A stretch of 64,000 nucleotides of DNA from Desulfobacterales bacterium (GTDB lineage: Bacteria; Desulfobacterota; Desulfobacteria; Desulfobacterales; UBA5852): the NCBI GenBank assembly GCA_963674755.2, contig CAXXVS010000003.1, positions 2,400,001 through 2,464,000 on the forward strand, in the 5' to 3' direction. Below, in pieces: positions 1 through 9,724 of this stretch (its first letter is position 1; each line of letters starts with the position of its first letter). The notes below the pieces were generated by a model. That model was not told where the DNA came from and did not search any database. It saw nothing but the letters and a program-made list of their open reading frames with translations. The position numbers and the translations under genes are program-made.

Positions 1-34
1 CCGTAATGCGTTTCGAATATATCCCCCGAGCGCG

Positions 35-3000
35 TCATTTTAAAGTGGCCTTTCCATGGATAGCCGCCTGCTGACGGATTTGTTCCAACGCGTAGCGTTT
101 TTCATCATTCTCCGGCAAATTTTGCAAGGCTCTCGTCAGGTGACTGTGGGCCTCACGGGGGTGTCCCTGTTGCAAAAATGTGATGCCCAGTTCGCCCTGA
201 ATTTCAGGGTCGTCAGGTGATAGGGCCAGTGCTGAGGAAAGGGCGGTCACCGCCGCCTCCCAAGCGCCCCGGCGCCGTTCCACCATGCCCAGGTATTTGA
301 AGCTATCGGTGCTGTGCGGGGAGAGGTTTGCCGCCCGGGCCAGATGGCGGGCCGCCTCGTCCAGGTCGCCGCGGGCCGCCCGCAGGAGGCCCAGGGCCAT
401 GTGGGCCGAGACATGGCCGGGTTGCAACGCGAGAGCGGCCCGCAGTTGTTCCGCAGCCTCGGTGGTGCGGCCGGCCGCTGTGAGGGCCACGCCGAGGTTG
501 TAGTAATCCATGGCGCGGGGCTGGCCGGTCCGGAGCCGGCGGCGGATGGCTTCGGCCTGGATGGTCGCGCAGGACGCCTTGAGGGTCGGGTCCGCGAAGA
601 CCCCATACGCGGGGACCAGGACGCGTCGGCAGTAACCGGCGGCGATCTGCCGGTAGCGTTCCTCCTGCGGTCCGTCGAGAGCTGCCGCGGGCAGGACGTT
701 GAACATGGGCACGTTGGCGGAAGCGCTGAAGGCTACGAGATCCAGCAGGGTATCCGGGTCCCGGCGGGCATCACGCAGGACCCGCGTGGTCGTGGACAAG
801 CGCCGGCGGCCGGCGGCGGCCCGGTCGATGTCCAGGGTGCCGCTGTAAAGAGTCCGGGGCGCCGCGAATTCCAGACGGGGTCGGTTGTCCGTGTGCAGGG
901 GGCCCGGGCCGAAGAGACGGGGAAGATCTTCGGTCAGGACGAGATGGACCAGAAAGTCGGTCGAAGGGAAGACCACGTTGTGGGAGCGTTGGGCAAAGGC
1001 GAGGCGCTCGCGTGCGGCCCGCCAGTCGAAAGCACCGCCGTCCCGCAAGCCCAGCAGCAGATAGTCTACCGGACCGATTTTGATCAGGGCACCGTCCGGG
1101 AAAACGGCCGTGAAGGTGCGGCCCAGGAGGGCGAAAGTGGACCAGTCCATCTCGTAGGACTGAATCCACTGGGCGAAGAGCCCGCCGGAATTCAGGTGCT
1201 GCCGGGCCAAACGGAAGAACTCCAGGGAGAAGAGATTGGCCAGCCCGGCCATCCAGGGGTTGGAGGGTTCCGAAATGATGACGTCATAGGAACGGCGGGT
1301 GAGGGCCAGGTGGTTGCGCCCGTCCTGGACGATGAGCCGTGTGCGGGGGTCCTCAAGACAGTGGTTGTTCCAGGGGCCGAAGAAGCGGCGGCAGGCGGCC
1401 GCCACCTGGGCGTTGATCTCCACGATGTCCAGTCGCCGGACGGGATAATGCAGCACTTCGCCGGAGGTCATGCCGCTGGCCAGGCCCAGCACCATCACAT
1501 CCCGGGCCCCGGGGTGGAAGAGCAGGGGAATGTGGGCGGACAGGGCCTGGGTGGAGCGGTCGCCGTGGGAGGAAGCCTCGGCCCGACCGCTGTTGAAAAG
1601 GGCGTATTCCGTGATGCATAGACTGGTGATTTCCTTTTCCACGGTGGTGAACCCGGCCACCCCTTCGCCCTGGAAGACCACCTCGAGTCCCTGACGCTCT
1701 TCGGCAATCCGGTCGGCCCCATGCCGCAGGGTCGCGATCCAACCGGTCTGCCCCAGGACCTGGGCGAGGGCGCCGAAGTCGCGGTACCAGCCTCGGGAGA
1801 GCAGGTCCGTCTTCCAGGTAGGGTAGGGCAGGAGAAGGAGTCCGGCCGCCAGCAGCGCCGAGGCCGCCCCCCACCGTTTGCCGGCCGCGAACCGGCCGAA
1901 ATGGCCGGCATGCAACAGGGCCAGACCGGCCAGGCTGAATTGCATCAGGGTGACCACACCCAGACCGCCGGCCATGCCCCGCCACGGGATCAGCACGAAG
2001 CCGGCCACAAACGCGCCTAGGATGGCTCCCAGGGTGTTCAAGGCGTAAGCCCTTCCCAGGGAGCGCCCCATGGTGGCCATGGAGCAGATCACCAGACGAT
2101 TCACCAGGGGAAACGTCGCTCCCAGGAGCACCGTCGGGGTTACCAGAACCGCAAAGACGGCCAGGGATTGGACCAGCATCAGGCGGTCGAAATGCCCCTG
2201 GTAGGTGTAGATCAGCTTGGCAAAGAACAGCTGGCTGTTGCCCAGGATCTGGCTGACCGCGAGGGCGGCGGCCGCCGCACCCAGCTGGGTGGCCGCCAGC
2301 CAGGCGAAAACGGCATCGCTCCGGTCGGCCGCCCAGCGGAAGAGCAGACTGCCCAGGGCCAGGCCGACGACAAAGGTGGTGACCACCAGGGTGAAACTGT
2401 AGGTGGTGGGACCGACGATAAGCCCCAGGAGACGGGTCCACAGGACCTCGTAGGCCATGGCGCAGAAACCCGAAACCGCGAAGATTACCAACCCCCAGCG
2501 GGTTTGACGTTGCCGACGCTTCAAGTCTCCGGACTGCGGCGGCGCAGGGGCCGACGGAGCGTTGGGCTTCGATTTGAATTTTTTGGACGGTGTTCCGGTC
2601 GGCAGCCGCCGGGCGATCCATAGGCAGCTGCCACCGATCAGGCCATTCAGTGCGGCGAAGATTCCCAGGGTCGGCCATACGCCCAGATAGCGGATCAGGA
2701 ACAACCCGCAGAGCGCCACCCCGAGGGCCGCCCCGGCCGTGTTCAGCCCATAGAGCCATCCGGTGCGGCGCCCGAGGTGGTCCAGGCGTTGGACGTAAAA
2801 CCGGCACAGCACCGGCAGGGTGGCGCCCATCAAGGCGGTGGGCGGCAGCAGCACCAGGGCGCATCCCGCCAGGGCCGCCGCCTGGTGGCACCAGAAGTGG
2901 TCCATCAGGCGGTCGTAGAGCACCCGGTAGACCGGGCGGGTGGCGGCCATGGCCCAAGGCACAGCTATCGCCAGGAGCCCGATGCCCAGTTCGAGCTTGC

Positions 3001-3283
3001 CATAAAGGGCCAGCAGCGCGGCCCGGGTGGGCTGCCGGTCGATAACCCGGCCCACCCGCCAGCTGCCCAGGGCCAGACCCGCCATGAAAACCGACAATAC
3101 GGCGGCCACGGCAAAGGGGGCGCTGCCGATAACCTTGTCCATGAAGCGCACCCAGATGACCTGGTAGACCAGACCGGCCGCCCCCGAAAGGAAGAAGCAG
3201 GCGGCCACGAATCCGGTCAGCAGGGCGTTGTCGGCGGTCGCGGGATGGAATTCACTATCGGTCATCGGCAGACGCTTCCCCAT
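35..3283 (-). CDS. Polytopic membrane protein fused to a spermidine-synthase-like SAM-dependent domain, with C-terminal TPRs
   Basis: Two repeated TM blocks (SGAAGLVYQVIW / SGFCAMAYEVLW), then VLGLASG..DIVEIN..DGRNHL..YDVIISEPSNPW, then TPR-like repeats (YYNLGVAL, AHMALG, FKYLG). Start may be 3265. Confidence 0.85.
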   Translation of the reverse strand: MGKRLPMTDSEFHPATADNALLTGFVAACFFLSGAAGLVYQVIWVRFMDKVIGSAPFAVAAVLSVFMAGLALGSWRVGRVIDRQPTRAALLALYGKLELGIGLLAIAVPWAMAATRPVYRVLYDRLMDHFWCHQAAALAGCALVLLPPTALMGATLPVLCRFYVQRLDHLGRRTGWLYGLNTAGAALGVALCGLFLIRYLGVWPTLGIFAALNGLIGGSCLWIARRLPTGTPSKKFKSKPNAPSAPAPPQSGDLKRRQRQTRWGLVIFAVSGFCAMAYEVLWTRLLGLIVGPTTYSFTLVVTTFVVGLALGSLLFRWAADRSDAVFAWLAATQLGAAAAALAVSQILGNSQLFFAKLIYTYQGHFDRLMLVQSLAVFAVLVTPTVLLGATFPLVNRLVICSMATMGRSLGRAYALNTLGAILGAFVAGFVLIPWRGMAGGLGVVTLMQFSLAGLALLHAGHFGRFAAGKRWGAASALLAAGLLLLPYPTWKTDLLSRGWYRDFGALAQVLGQTGWIATLRHGADRIAEERQGLEVVFQGEGVAGFTTVEKEITSLCITEYALFNSGRAEASSHGDRSTQALSAHIPLLFHPGARDVMVLGLASGMTSGEVLHYPVRRLDIVEINAQVAAACRRFFGPWNNHCLEDPRTRLIVQDGRNHLALTRRSYDVIISEPSNPWMAGLANLFSLEFFRLARQHLNSGGLFAQWIQSYEMDWSTFALLGRTFTAVFPDGALIKIGPVDYLLLGLRDGGAFDWRAARERLAFAQRSHNVVFPSTDFLVHLVLTEDLPRLFGPGPLHTDNRPRLEFAAPRTLYSGTLDIDRAAAGRRRLSTTTRVLRDARRDPDTLLDLVAFSASANVPMFNVLPAAALDGPQEERYRQIAAGYCRRVLVPAYGVFADPTLKASCATIQAEAIRRRLRTGQPRAMDYYNLGVALTAAGRTTEAAEQLRAALALQPGHVSAHMALGLLRAARGDLDEAARHLARAANLSPHSTDSFKYLGMVERRRGAWEAAVTALSSALALSPDDPEIQGELGITFLQQGHPREAHSHLTRALQNLPENDEKRYALEQIRQQAAIHGKATLK

Positions 3284-3324
3284 GAATACGTCCTAGTGGT
3301 AGGCAATGGCATTCTCTCAATTTC

Positions 3325-3585
3325 GATCTAACCCCCCAACCGCTGGTGGAGGATTCGAAGCGGTTCCACCGATCCGGGGTGATGTGTTTAAACCGTTTCT
3401 TCATTTTCTTTCCTGCGGAAGAAAACGAACCAATCACGCCTCGGCGTGACAGGCTTCAGACGCCCGTGTCCCGCGGCCCCTGCGGGGCGGCCCTGCGCAT
3501 CGCCGACACGGCAGGAGGGCGCGGGACAAAGGGAATCCGAAAACCAAACATTTAAAAAGCCGTATTCAAGCCCCCTTGGAGGGCC
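3325..3585. repeat. Structured intergenic repeat family R1, copy A (internally deleted)
   Basis: Shares ATCTAA..CCGATCCGGG..TTCATTTT..ACGCCCGTGTCCCGC..GGGACAAAGGGAA..AAAACCAAA with 5390-5728 and 9336-9678; lacks the central AACTCGCTTCGCTCAAAC hairpin. Confidence 0.9.
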
Positions 3586-4584
3586 CTATTTGACTAGGCC
3601 GGCGATTTCGTATGGATTGCTGCCGGCTTCGATCATCCGCTGATAAAGCGGTTCGTCTATATCGAAGGTGGCTGCCGCCGAAACGAAGCGGTCCGGATCG
3701 CCCAGATGCGGCAGGGCGGCCAGGACGCTGGCGACCTTGGGGGTTCCCTCCGGCACCAGGGCCCGCAGCCGGTCGAAGCCGAAGCTCAGGGCCACGCCCC
3801 GGCCGGTTTTCTGCTTGCCGTTCCAGATGAGCAGGATCGCCGCCGGATTCGGGACGGTGACCGCCTCCAACTGCTCCGCCGACAGGGGTTTGACGATGAG
3901 CCCTTTTTTGCCCGGCGTGCAGTCCAGAATCACCTGCAAGGCGTCTTCCTTGCACCACACCGGGCTGGCCAGAACGGCGTAGCGCTCCCCCGGGGCCAGG
4001 GGATAATGGTTTTGGATATAGTGGGCGAGCAGATAGCCCGAGGTCAGACCGGGGCAGATGTGGTTATGCAGCTCGGCGCTTTTCAGAAAATCGTAGGGAC
4101 CGTCCTGGGCCCAGACATTGGCCAGGGCTGCCAGGGTGAAGAGATCCCGTCCGGCCTGGTAGTCGCCGATGCGCTTCCAGAAAGCGGGCCGGGCGATGGT
4201 TTCCGCTCCCAGGTTGAGCATCTGGGCCGACCAGGTTCCCTCCGTGCGACTGATGATGACGGCGTCGCCGGAAACTTTGTGAAAAAGCATGAAGCGCAGG
4301 GGGTGGGACTGGGGCCGCTGGAAGAAGAGCAGGTTTGCCCGGCCCACCATGCAGCCGGTGAGCGCCTGGGCGTTGGCCAGGTAAGGCAGGGCGTTTTGGC
4401 CGTCCAGAGTAACGTAGGGCGCGTCGGTCAGCAGCAGCAGTTGGGGGTCGCCCTTGGTGACGGACAGGGTCTGCATGGCTTTGGTGACGGCCGTTTCAAA
4501 AGGTGATGCGAAGACAGAGGCGACCCAGAAGAAGGCCATCAGGCCGACGATCAGGACAAGGGATGGGCGGATCCGATTTTTCAT
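3586..4584 (-). CDS. FmdE-family protein with N-terminal signal peptide
   Basis: HNHICPGLTSGY, WCKEDALQ and CTPGK motifs; hydrophobic N-terminus ending in VFA. Confidence 0.8.
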   Translation of the reverse strand: MKNRIRPSLVLIVGLMAFFWVASVFASPFETAVTKAMQTLSVTKGDPQLLLLTDAPYVTLDGQNALPYLANAQALTGCMVGRANLLFFQRPQSHPLRFMLFHKVSGDAVIISRTEGTWSAQMLNLGAETIARPAFWKRIGDYQAGRDLFTLAALANVWAQDGPYDFLKSAELHNHICPGLTSGYLLAHYIQNHYPLAPGERYAVLASPVWCKEDALQVILDCTPGKKGLIVKPLSAEQLEAVTVPNPAAILLIWNGKQKTGRGVALSFGFDRLRALVPEGTPKVASVLAALPHLGDPDRFVSAAATFDIDEPLYQRMIEAGSNPYEIAGLVK

Positions 4585-4686
4585 GACAGAAGGCTCCTTT
4601 TAATTTTTTAACCACAATTAACAACCGCTTGGGGGCCATATCGCCGATAACGGCGATTGATTTCGAGCGTTTCCCCTGACGCCTTG

Positions 4687-4746
4687 TTCATTTTCTTCCA
4701 CGTGGAAGAAAATGGGCCAAAAAATGCCATCTATGGACGGACACTA
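4687..4746. repeat. R1 hairpin fragment plus a solo end of MITE family M3
   Basis: TTCATTTTCTTCCACGTGGAAGAAAA matches the R1 hairpin; TGCCATCTATGGACGGACACTA (4725-4746) matches the M3 terminus at 21054-21075. Confidence 0.7.
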
Positions 4747-5349
4747 AGAGAGGCATCCCCGGCACACCTCCTGGCCGTCCATGCGGACCAATTTGGTGGC
4801 CATGGTGGGTTCCCCGCAGCGGGCGCAGTTGACGGACGGCTCGATGCGGGCCTTTTCCGGCAGGGGCACGTCTACTTCCGTCAGAGTGAAGAGTGCTTCC
4901 GGCGGCTGATCCAGGATGCGCCGGGCGGCGGCCGTATGCCGGTTTTCGAAGGCTTCACGTTCTTCGGGGGTGGCGGTATCCTGTCGAATCTTGTCCAGGA
5001 GGGCGCGGTGTTCAGGACTCAACGAATCCTGCTCTTCAGGGCGTCGGGCGATGCGCACCCCTTTGCCGGTGTCCCGGCTGAAGAAGGTAAAGGCGTGTTT
5101 GCCGTAGTCGCGGTAGATGAAGTTGCCCTTGCCGAAGGTGCAGCCGGTGATGACCTGGATGGCGTCGCAGCCGCAGGCATCGGTTTCCACAATGGCCACG
5201 ATTTCCTCGTCTTCGGCCCGCCGGGCGGCCAGCCATGCCATCCCGGCCGTGGCGGCCTGGTAGCCCATGGCCAGGCCGGGGCAGAAGTGGCCGTGAAAGT
5301 CGAGGCATTTCTTAAAAAGATCACTGGATAAAATCGTTTCAGCGGACAT
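4744..5349 (-). CDS. Cytoplasmic FmdE-family protein with C-terminal C4 zinc finger
   Basis: FHGHFCPGLAMG, ETDACGCDAIQ, GCTFGKGN; C-terminal CARCGE...CRGC; AAGGAG RBS. Confidence 0.9.
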   Translation of the reverse strand: MSAETILSSDLFKKCLDFHGHFCPGLAMGYQAATAGMAWLAARRAEDEEIVAIVETDACGCDAIQVITGCTFGKGNFIYRDYGKHAFTFFSRDTGKGVRIARRPEEQDSLSPEHRALLDKIRQDTATPEEREAFENRHTAAARRILDQPPEALFTLTEVDVPLPEKARIEPSVNCARCGEPTMATKLVRMDGQEVCRGCLS

Positions 5350-5389
5350 GCAGGTGTTCTCCTTTTAGCGTTGGATGATGGTTCGTTTT

Positions 5390-5728
5390 GATCTAAACCC
5401 TCCACCTCTGATGGAGAACCCGGAGAGGTTCTACCGATCCGGGAAGCGTTTCTATAATTGGAGACTTCATTTTCTTGCACGTGCAAGAAAACAGAAGCAA
5501 AAGAAAACGCCCGTGTCCCGCGGCCCCTTCGGGGCTGCCCTGCGCGTCGTCACAGCGGACGGAGCGCGCGGAAACTCGCTTCGCTCAAACAATCCGCGTG
5601 CTTTAATCCGTCCGCCCCGCCGATGCTCGGCGCGGGACAAAGGGAAATCTGAAAACCAAAGACAAAACTTCATTTTTGAAGCCTCCCTTTAGGAGGTTAC
5701 CTGAGGCCTCCCGCTAGACGGGAGGTGC
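5390..5728. repeat. R1 repeat, copy B (full length)
   Basis: Colinear with copy C over ~340 bp; contains multiple hairpins. Confidence 0.9.
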
Positions 5729-5729
5729 C

Positions 5730-7427
5730 TCACTCGTTTTCCATGGCGACTCGCGGCAATGGGTGGGTGCGGTTATCGTCGTTGGCCGCCAGGATTTCAA
5801 AGACCGCGCCTTGGGCCGCCAGGCGGCCGCCCTCCAGGACATAGACCCGGTCGGCGGTCTTGCGGGCCAGGTGGATATCGTGGGTGATAAAGAGCATGGA
5901 AAAGCCGCGGGCCTGCTGCTGGGCCTTGAGTTCCCGCAGGATGACGGCCTGGGTGGAAGGATCCAGCATAGCGGTGATCTCGTCGGCCACCAGCAGGGCG
6001 GGGTCCGTGACCAGGGCGCGGGCGATGGCCACCCGCTGGCGCTGGCCGCCGCTCAAGGCATGGCAGGTGCGGCCCAGGAAATCCGGTCCGGTGGGCAAAT
6101 GCATGGCGGCCAGGGCCGCCGCAGCCTTGGCGTCCCGCCGGGAACGGTCCTGCCAGCCCAGGATATCCAAAGGCTCCCGGACGGCTTCCAGGACGCTGAA
6201 GCGGTGGCTGACGGCTTCCGCGGGGTCCTGGAAGACGATCTGGATGCCCCCCATGGCGGCCGTGGCGTCGTGGTTGACGATGGTCCGGCCCCGAAAGCGT
6301 ATTTCGCCGGCATCAGCCGCCAGCACGCTTACCAGGATGTGGGCCAGGGTGGATTTGCCCGAGCCTGAAGGTCCCACCAGGGCGGCGACCTCCCCCCGCC
6401 GCACGGACAGGCTCACGCCGGCCAGGGCCTGAATGGTGCGCCTGCCGCTGCGGTAGGTTTTGGATAGGCCCACGGCCTGCAACACGGTTTCGATGCCGCC
6501 CTTGTGGCAGGCCACCTGGCGTTCCACGCCCACATGGGTCAGGGGGGGCAGGGATTGCCGGCAGCGGTCGTCGGACTGGCAGCAGCGCGGTGCGAAAGCA
6601 CAGCCGGTAGTCCCCCCGGGTCGGGGAGGCGCACCGGGAATGCCCCACAGGTCCTTATAGGGAAAGAAGTCCGGTGCGGCGTTGATCAGTCCGCGGGTAT
6701 AGGGATGCAGGGGGTTGCGCAGGATATCCGCGGTCATCCCCGTCTCCACCACCCGGCCGGCATAGAGCGTCATGAGCCGGGTGGTGAGCTGTTGGACGGC
6801 CGGCAGGTTATGGGAGATCAGGATCAGAGCGAAACCCATCTCCCGTTTGAGCGTTTCGATCAGGTTCAGAATCGCCGTGCGGCTTTCCGGATCCAGGGAA
6901 GTGGTGGGTTCGTCCACGATCAGGAGATCCGGGGAGCAGCCCAGAGCCATGGCGATCAGGGCCCGCTGTCGCATGCCGCCTGAAAGCTGGTGGGCATAGC
7001 TGTCCTGCCAGACGGGATCGAGGCCGGTCAATTCCAGCATTGCGGATACCCGCCTGCGGGCGGCCTGGCGGTCCATCCCCAGGTGGGTGCGCAGGGGTTC
7101 GGCCAGCTGTTCGCCCAGGGAGATCACGGGGTTGAAGACTTCCAGGCTGTTCTGGAAGACCATGGCCATGTGGCGCCACTGGTAGCGACGGCGGCGGGCG
7201 GGGGCTAGGGTATTCAGGTCCCGGCCCTGGAAGCATACCTGCCCCTGTATATCCGCCTCGCGCAGGAGACCCATGAGGCCCAAGGCCAGGGTGGTTTTAC
7301 CGCAGCCCGATTCCCCGATGATACCCAGGCTTTCACCGGGCGCCAGGGAGAGGCTGATATCCATGGCGGCCGGCACGGCCGGGCGCACCCGATCGTAGAC
7401 AATGGAGAGATGTTTGACGCTCAGCAT
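5730..7427 (-). CDS. ABC transporter ATP-binding protein, double-domain Opp/Dpp/Nik type
   Basis: Two Walker A motifs (GESGCGKT, GPSGSGKS), LSGG signatures, oligo_HPY motif HPYT..GCAFAPRC; TGATG overlap with the upstream permease. Confidence 0.93.
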   Translation of the reverse strand: MLSVKHLSIVYDRVRPAVPAAMDISLSLAPGESLGIIGESGCGKTTLALGLMGLLREADIQGQVCFQGRDLNTLAPARRRRYQWRHMAMVFQNSLEVFNPVISLGEQLAEPLRTHLGMDRQAARRRVSAMLELTGLDPVWQDSYAHQLSGGMRQRALIAMALGCSPDLLIVDEPTTSLDPESRTAILNLIETLKREMGFALILISHNLPAVQQLTTRLMTLYAGRVVETGMTADILRNPLHPYTRGLINAAPDFFPYKDLWGIPGAPPRPGGTTGCAFAPRCCQSDDRCRQSLPPLTHVGVERQVACHKGGIETVLQAVGLSKTYRSGRRTIQALAGVSLSVRRGEVAALVGPSGSGKSTLAHILVSVLAADAGEIRFRGRTIVNHDATAAMGGIQIVFQDPAEAVSHRFSVLEAVREPLDILGWQDRSRRDAKAAAALAAMHLPTGPDFLGRTCHALSGGQRQRVAIARALVTDPALLVADEITAMLDPSTQAVILRELKAQQQARGFSMLFITHDIHLARKTADRVYVLEGGRLAAQGAVFEILAANDDNRTHPLPRVAMENE

Positions 7428-8302
7428 CAGTGACTCCTCATGCGGGGATCGGCGACTTTTTCGAGATCCTTCCCGATCAGGGCCAGGGCCAGGACCACCA
7501 GGGTCAGGGCCAGCCAGGGGAAGAGCAGCCACCATTTCCAGAAGGCCGTGTAGTAGATGCCCGGAAAGCTCAGGGCATGATGCAGGATAAAGCCCCAGGA
7601 GCGGGAGGTGGGGTCCCCCAATCCCAGAAAAGAGAGGCCGGCTTCGGCCACGATGGCCCGTCCGGCCAGCCGGATCATACTCACCGTGACCAAAGGGAAG
7701 ATTTCGGGCAGAAAATGGCGCCGTATCAGGTAAAAGGTGCCGGCCCCGTAAGTTTCAGCGGCCTGGATGAAGCGCCGTTGTTTCAGGCTCAGCACCCGGG
7801 CGCGCACGATGCGAGCCGTGAACACCCAGGCGAAGGCGGACAGGACGCCGATGATCGTCCATACGCTGGGTCCGAAAAAGGCCGCCAGCACAATCATCAC
7901 CGGCAGGTCCGGCAGGACGAGCAGGATATCGATCAGGCGCATGAGCACCCCATCCACCCATCCTCCGCGGTAGCCCGCCAGTATCCCTGCCAGGGCGCCG
8001 CCCAGCCCGGCCAGCAGGGCGGTTCCCATGCCCACCACCAGACTGACCCGGGCGCCGAAGCACACCTGGGCCCAGACATCCACCCCCAGATCGTCGGTCC
8101 CCATCCAGTGTTCGGCACCGGGAGGGGCCAGGGCCGGGCCCGAGGTTTTCTGGGGGGAGTGCGGACATACCAGCGGGGCGGCAGCCGCCAGAAGAAGGAG
8201 GGTCATCAGAAAAATCAGCCCGATTTGCCCGCCGGTGGACAGGGTGCCGGTCAGGCGGAAACGCCACCGGCGGGATCCGTAAGCGATGCTCAAAGCGGTC
8301 AT
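7427..8302 (-). CDS. Peptide/nickel ABC transporter permease (DppC/NikC-like)
   Basis: HWMGTDDLG, EAA-like loop, EAGLSFLGLG. Confidence 0.93.
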   Translation of the reverse strand: MTALSIAYGSRRWRFRLTGTLSTGGQIGLIFLMTLLLLAAAAPLVCPHSPQKTSGPALAPPGAEHWMGTDDLGVDVWAQVCFGARVSLVVGMGTALLAGLGGALAGILAGYRGGWVDGVLMRLIDILLVLPDLPVMIVLAAFFGPSVWTIIGVLSAFAWVFTARIVRARVLSLKQRRFIQAAETYGAGTFYLIRRHFLPEIFPLVTVSMIRLAGRAIVAEAGLSFLGLGDPTSRSWGFILHHALSFPGIYYTAFWKWWLLFPWLALTLVVLALALIGKDLEKVADPRMRSH

Positions 8303-9297
8303 CGGGCCTCCGCCGGGGTTTCGCGGATGCGGGGATCCAGGCGGCCGTAAACCCGGTCGGCCAGGTAGTTGGCCGTCAGGACGCTCAGGGTCACCAGTAG
8401 GAAAATGCCCTGGATCATGGGGTAGTCATGCACCAGCACGGCCTCGCGCATGAGATGACCCAGGCCGGGGTAGGCGAAGACGTTTTCCACCAGGATGGCC
8501 CCGCCCACCAGCCCCCCCAGGCTCAGGAAGACCCGCGTTACAATGGGCAGCATGGCATTGCGCAGGGTGTGGCGGGTCAGGATGCGCAGGGGGTGCAGCC
8601 CCTTGGCCCGGGCGGTGCGCAGGTAGTCCCGGGTCAGTACCGTGGCTGTGCTGTTGCGGGCCAGGAGATAGAGGCCGCCGGTGCGTACGATGGCCAGGGT
8701 CAGGACGGGCAGGGCGGCATGCCGGGCGATATCGGCCAGGCGGTCCCAGGGGGACGCGTAGACCGCGAAGTGGGTCATGGCGCCCGAGAGGGGAAAGAGC
8801 TGCCAGCCGGCCGCCAGCGTAAACAGGAGCAGCAGCCCCAGCAGGAAAGCGGGGATCTCGGAGACGGCGATCAGGGCCGGGTAGAGCCAGCGGTCCAGGG
8901 CGCGGCCCCGGAAGGCGGTGCTGATGCTGCCCAGCAGGCAGCCGGCCAGGGTACTCAGGACCACGGCGGCCGTCACCAGGAGGAGGGTCCAGGGCAGCCT
9001 GTCCACCAGAACGGCGGTGACGCCCTGATTGTAGTAGATGGAATAGCCCAGGTCGCCCCGGACCAAGGCCGTTATGTAGGCCGCGTACTGCTGCACCAGG
9101 GGCCGATCCAATCCGTACTGACGGCGGTAGTAGTCCTGTTGGGCGGCGCTGAATTGGGCGACTTCCTGGTCCTGGTCCGCGGAGAGATAGAGGAAAGGGC
9201 CCCCGGGCATCACCCGCGGCAGGGCGAAATTCAGGGTCACGATGACCGCGACCGTGAAAAGATATTCCAGAAGACGTTTGCTGCGCGGGTGTGTCAT
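8299..9297 (-). CDS. Peptide/nickel ABC transporter permease (DppB/NikB-like)
   Basis: PGGP, GLDRP..QY, GDLGYS, ARAKG, ENVFAYPGLG. Confidence 0.93.
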   Translation of the reverse strand: MTHPRSKRLLEYLFTVAVIVTLNFALPRVMPGGPFLYLSADQDQEVAQFSAAQQDYYRRQYGLDRPLVQQYAAYITALVRGDLGYSIYYNQGVTAVLVDRLPWTLLLVTAAVVLSTLAGCLLGSISTAFRGRALDRWLYPALIAVSEIPAFLLGLLLLFTLAAGWQLFPLSGAMTHFAVYASPWDRLADIARHAALPVLTLAIVRTGGLYLLARNSTATVLTRDYLRTARAKGLHPLRILTRHTLRNAMLPIVTRVFLSLGGLVGGAILVENVFAYPGLGHLMREAVLVHDYPMIQGIFLLVTLSVLTANYLADRVYGRLDPRIRETPAEAR

Positions 9298-9335
9298 GGT
9301 GCCGTTATCTGCCTTTCAGGTTTTCTATTATTTTT

Positions 9336-9678
9336 ATCTAAACCCGCCACCTCTGATGGAGGCCCCGGAGAGGTTCTACCGATCCGGGGAGCTTTTCAAT
9401 AATTAGCGCCTTCATTTTTTTTCGCGTGAAAGAAAACGGAAGCAATCACGCCTCGGCGTGACAGGCTTCAAACGCCCGTGTCCCGCTTCATCCTGCGCGT
9501 CGTCGCGGCGGCCGGAGCGCGCGGAAACTCGCTTCGCTCAAACAGTCCGCGCGCTTTAATCCGTCCGCCCCGCCGATGCTCGGCGCGGAACAAAGGGGAA
9601 GCTGAAAACCAAAGACCAAGACCTCTTTTTTAAGCCTCCCTTTAGGAAGCTACCTGATGCCTCCCGATAGGCAGGAGG
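9336..9678. repeat. R1 repeat, copy C
   Basis: Colinear with copy B; carries an extra TCACGCCTCGGCGTGA module, as copy A does. Confidence 0.9.
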
Positions 9679-9724
9679 AGATTTACTTGATTCGTTGCTG
9701 TTTTTGTTGTTCGCGTTCATTTCA

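Noticed and set aside
3325..9678. R1 copies as a CRISPR array or autonomous IS
   Set aside because: There is no short repeat-spacer periodicity, no cas gene and no transposase ORF.
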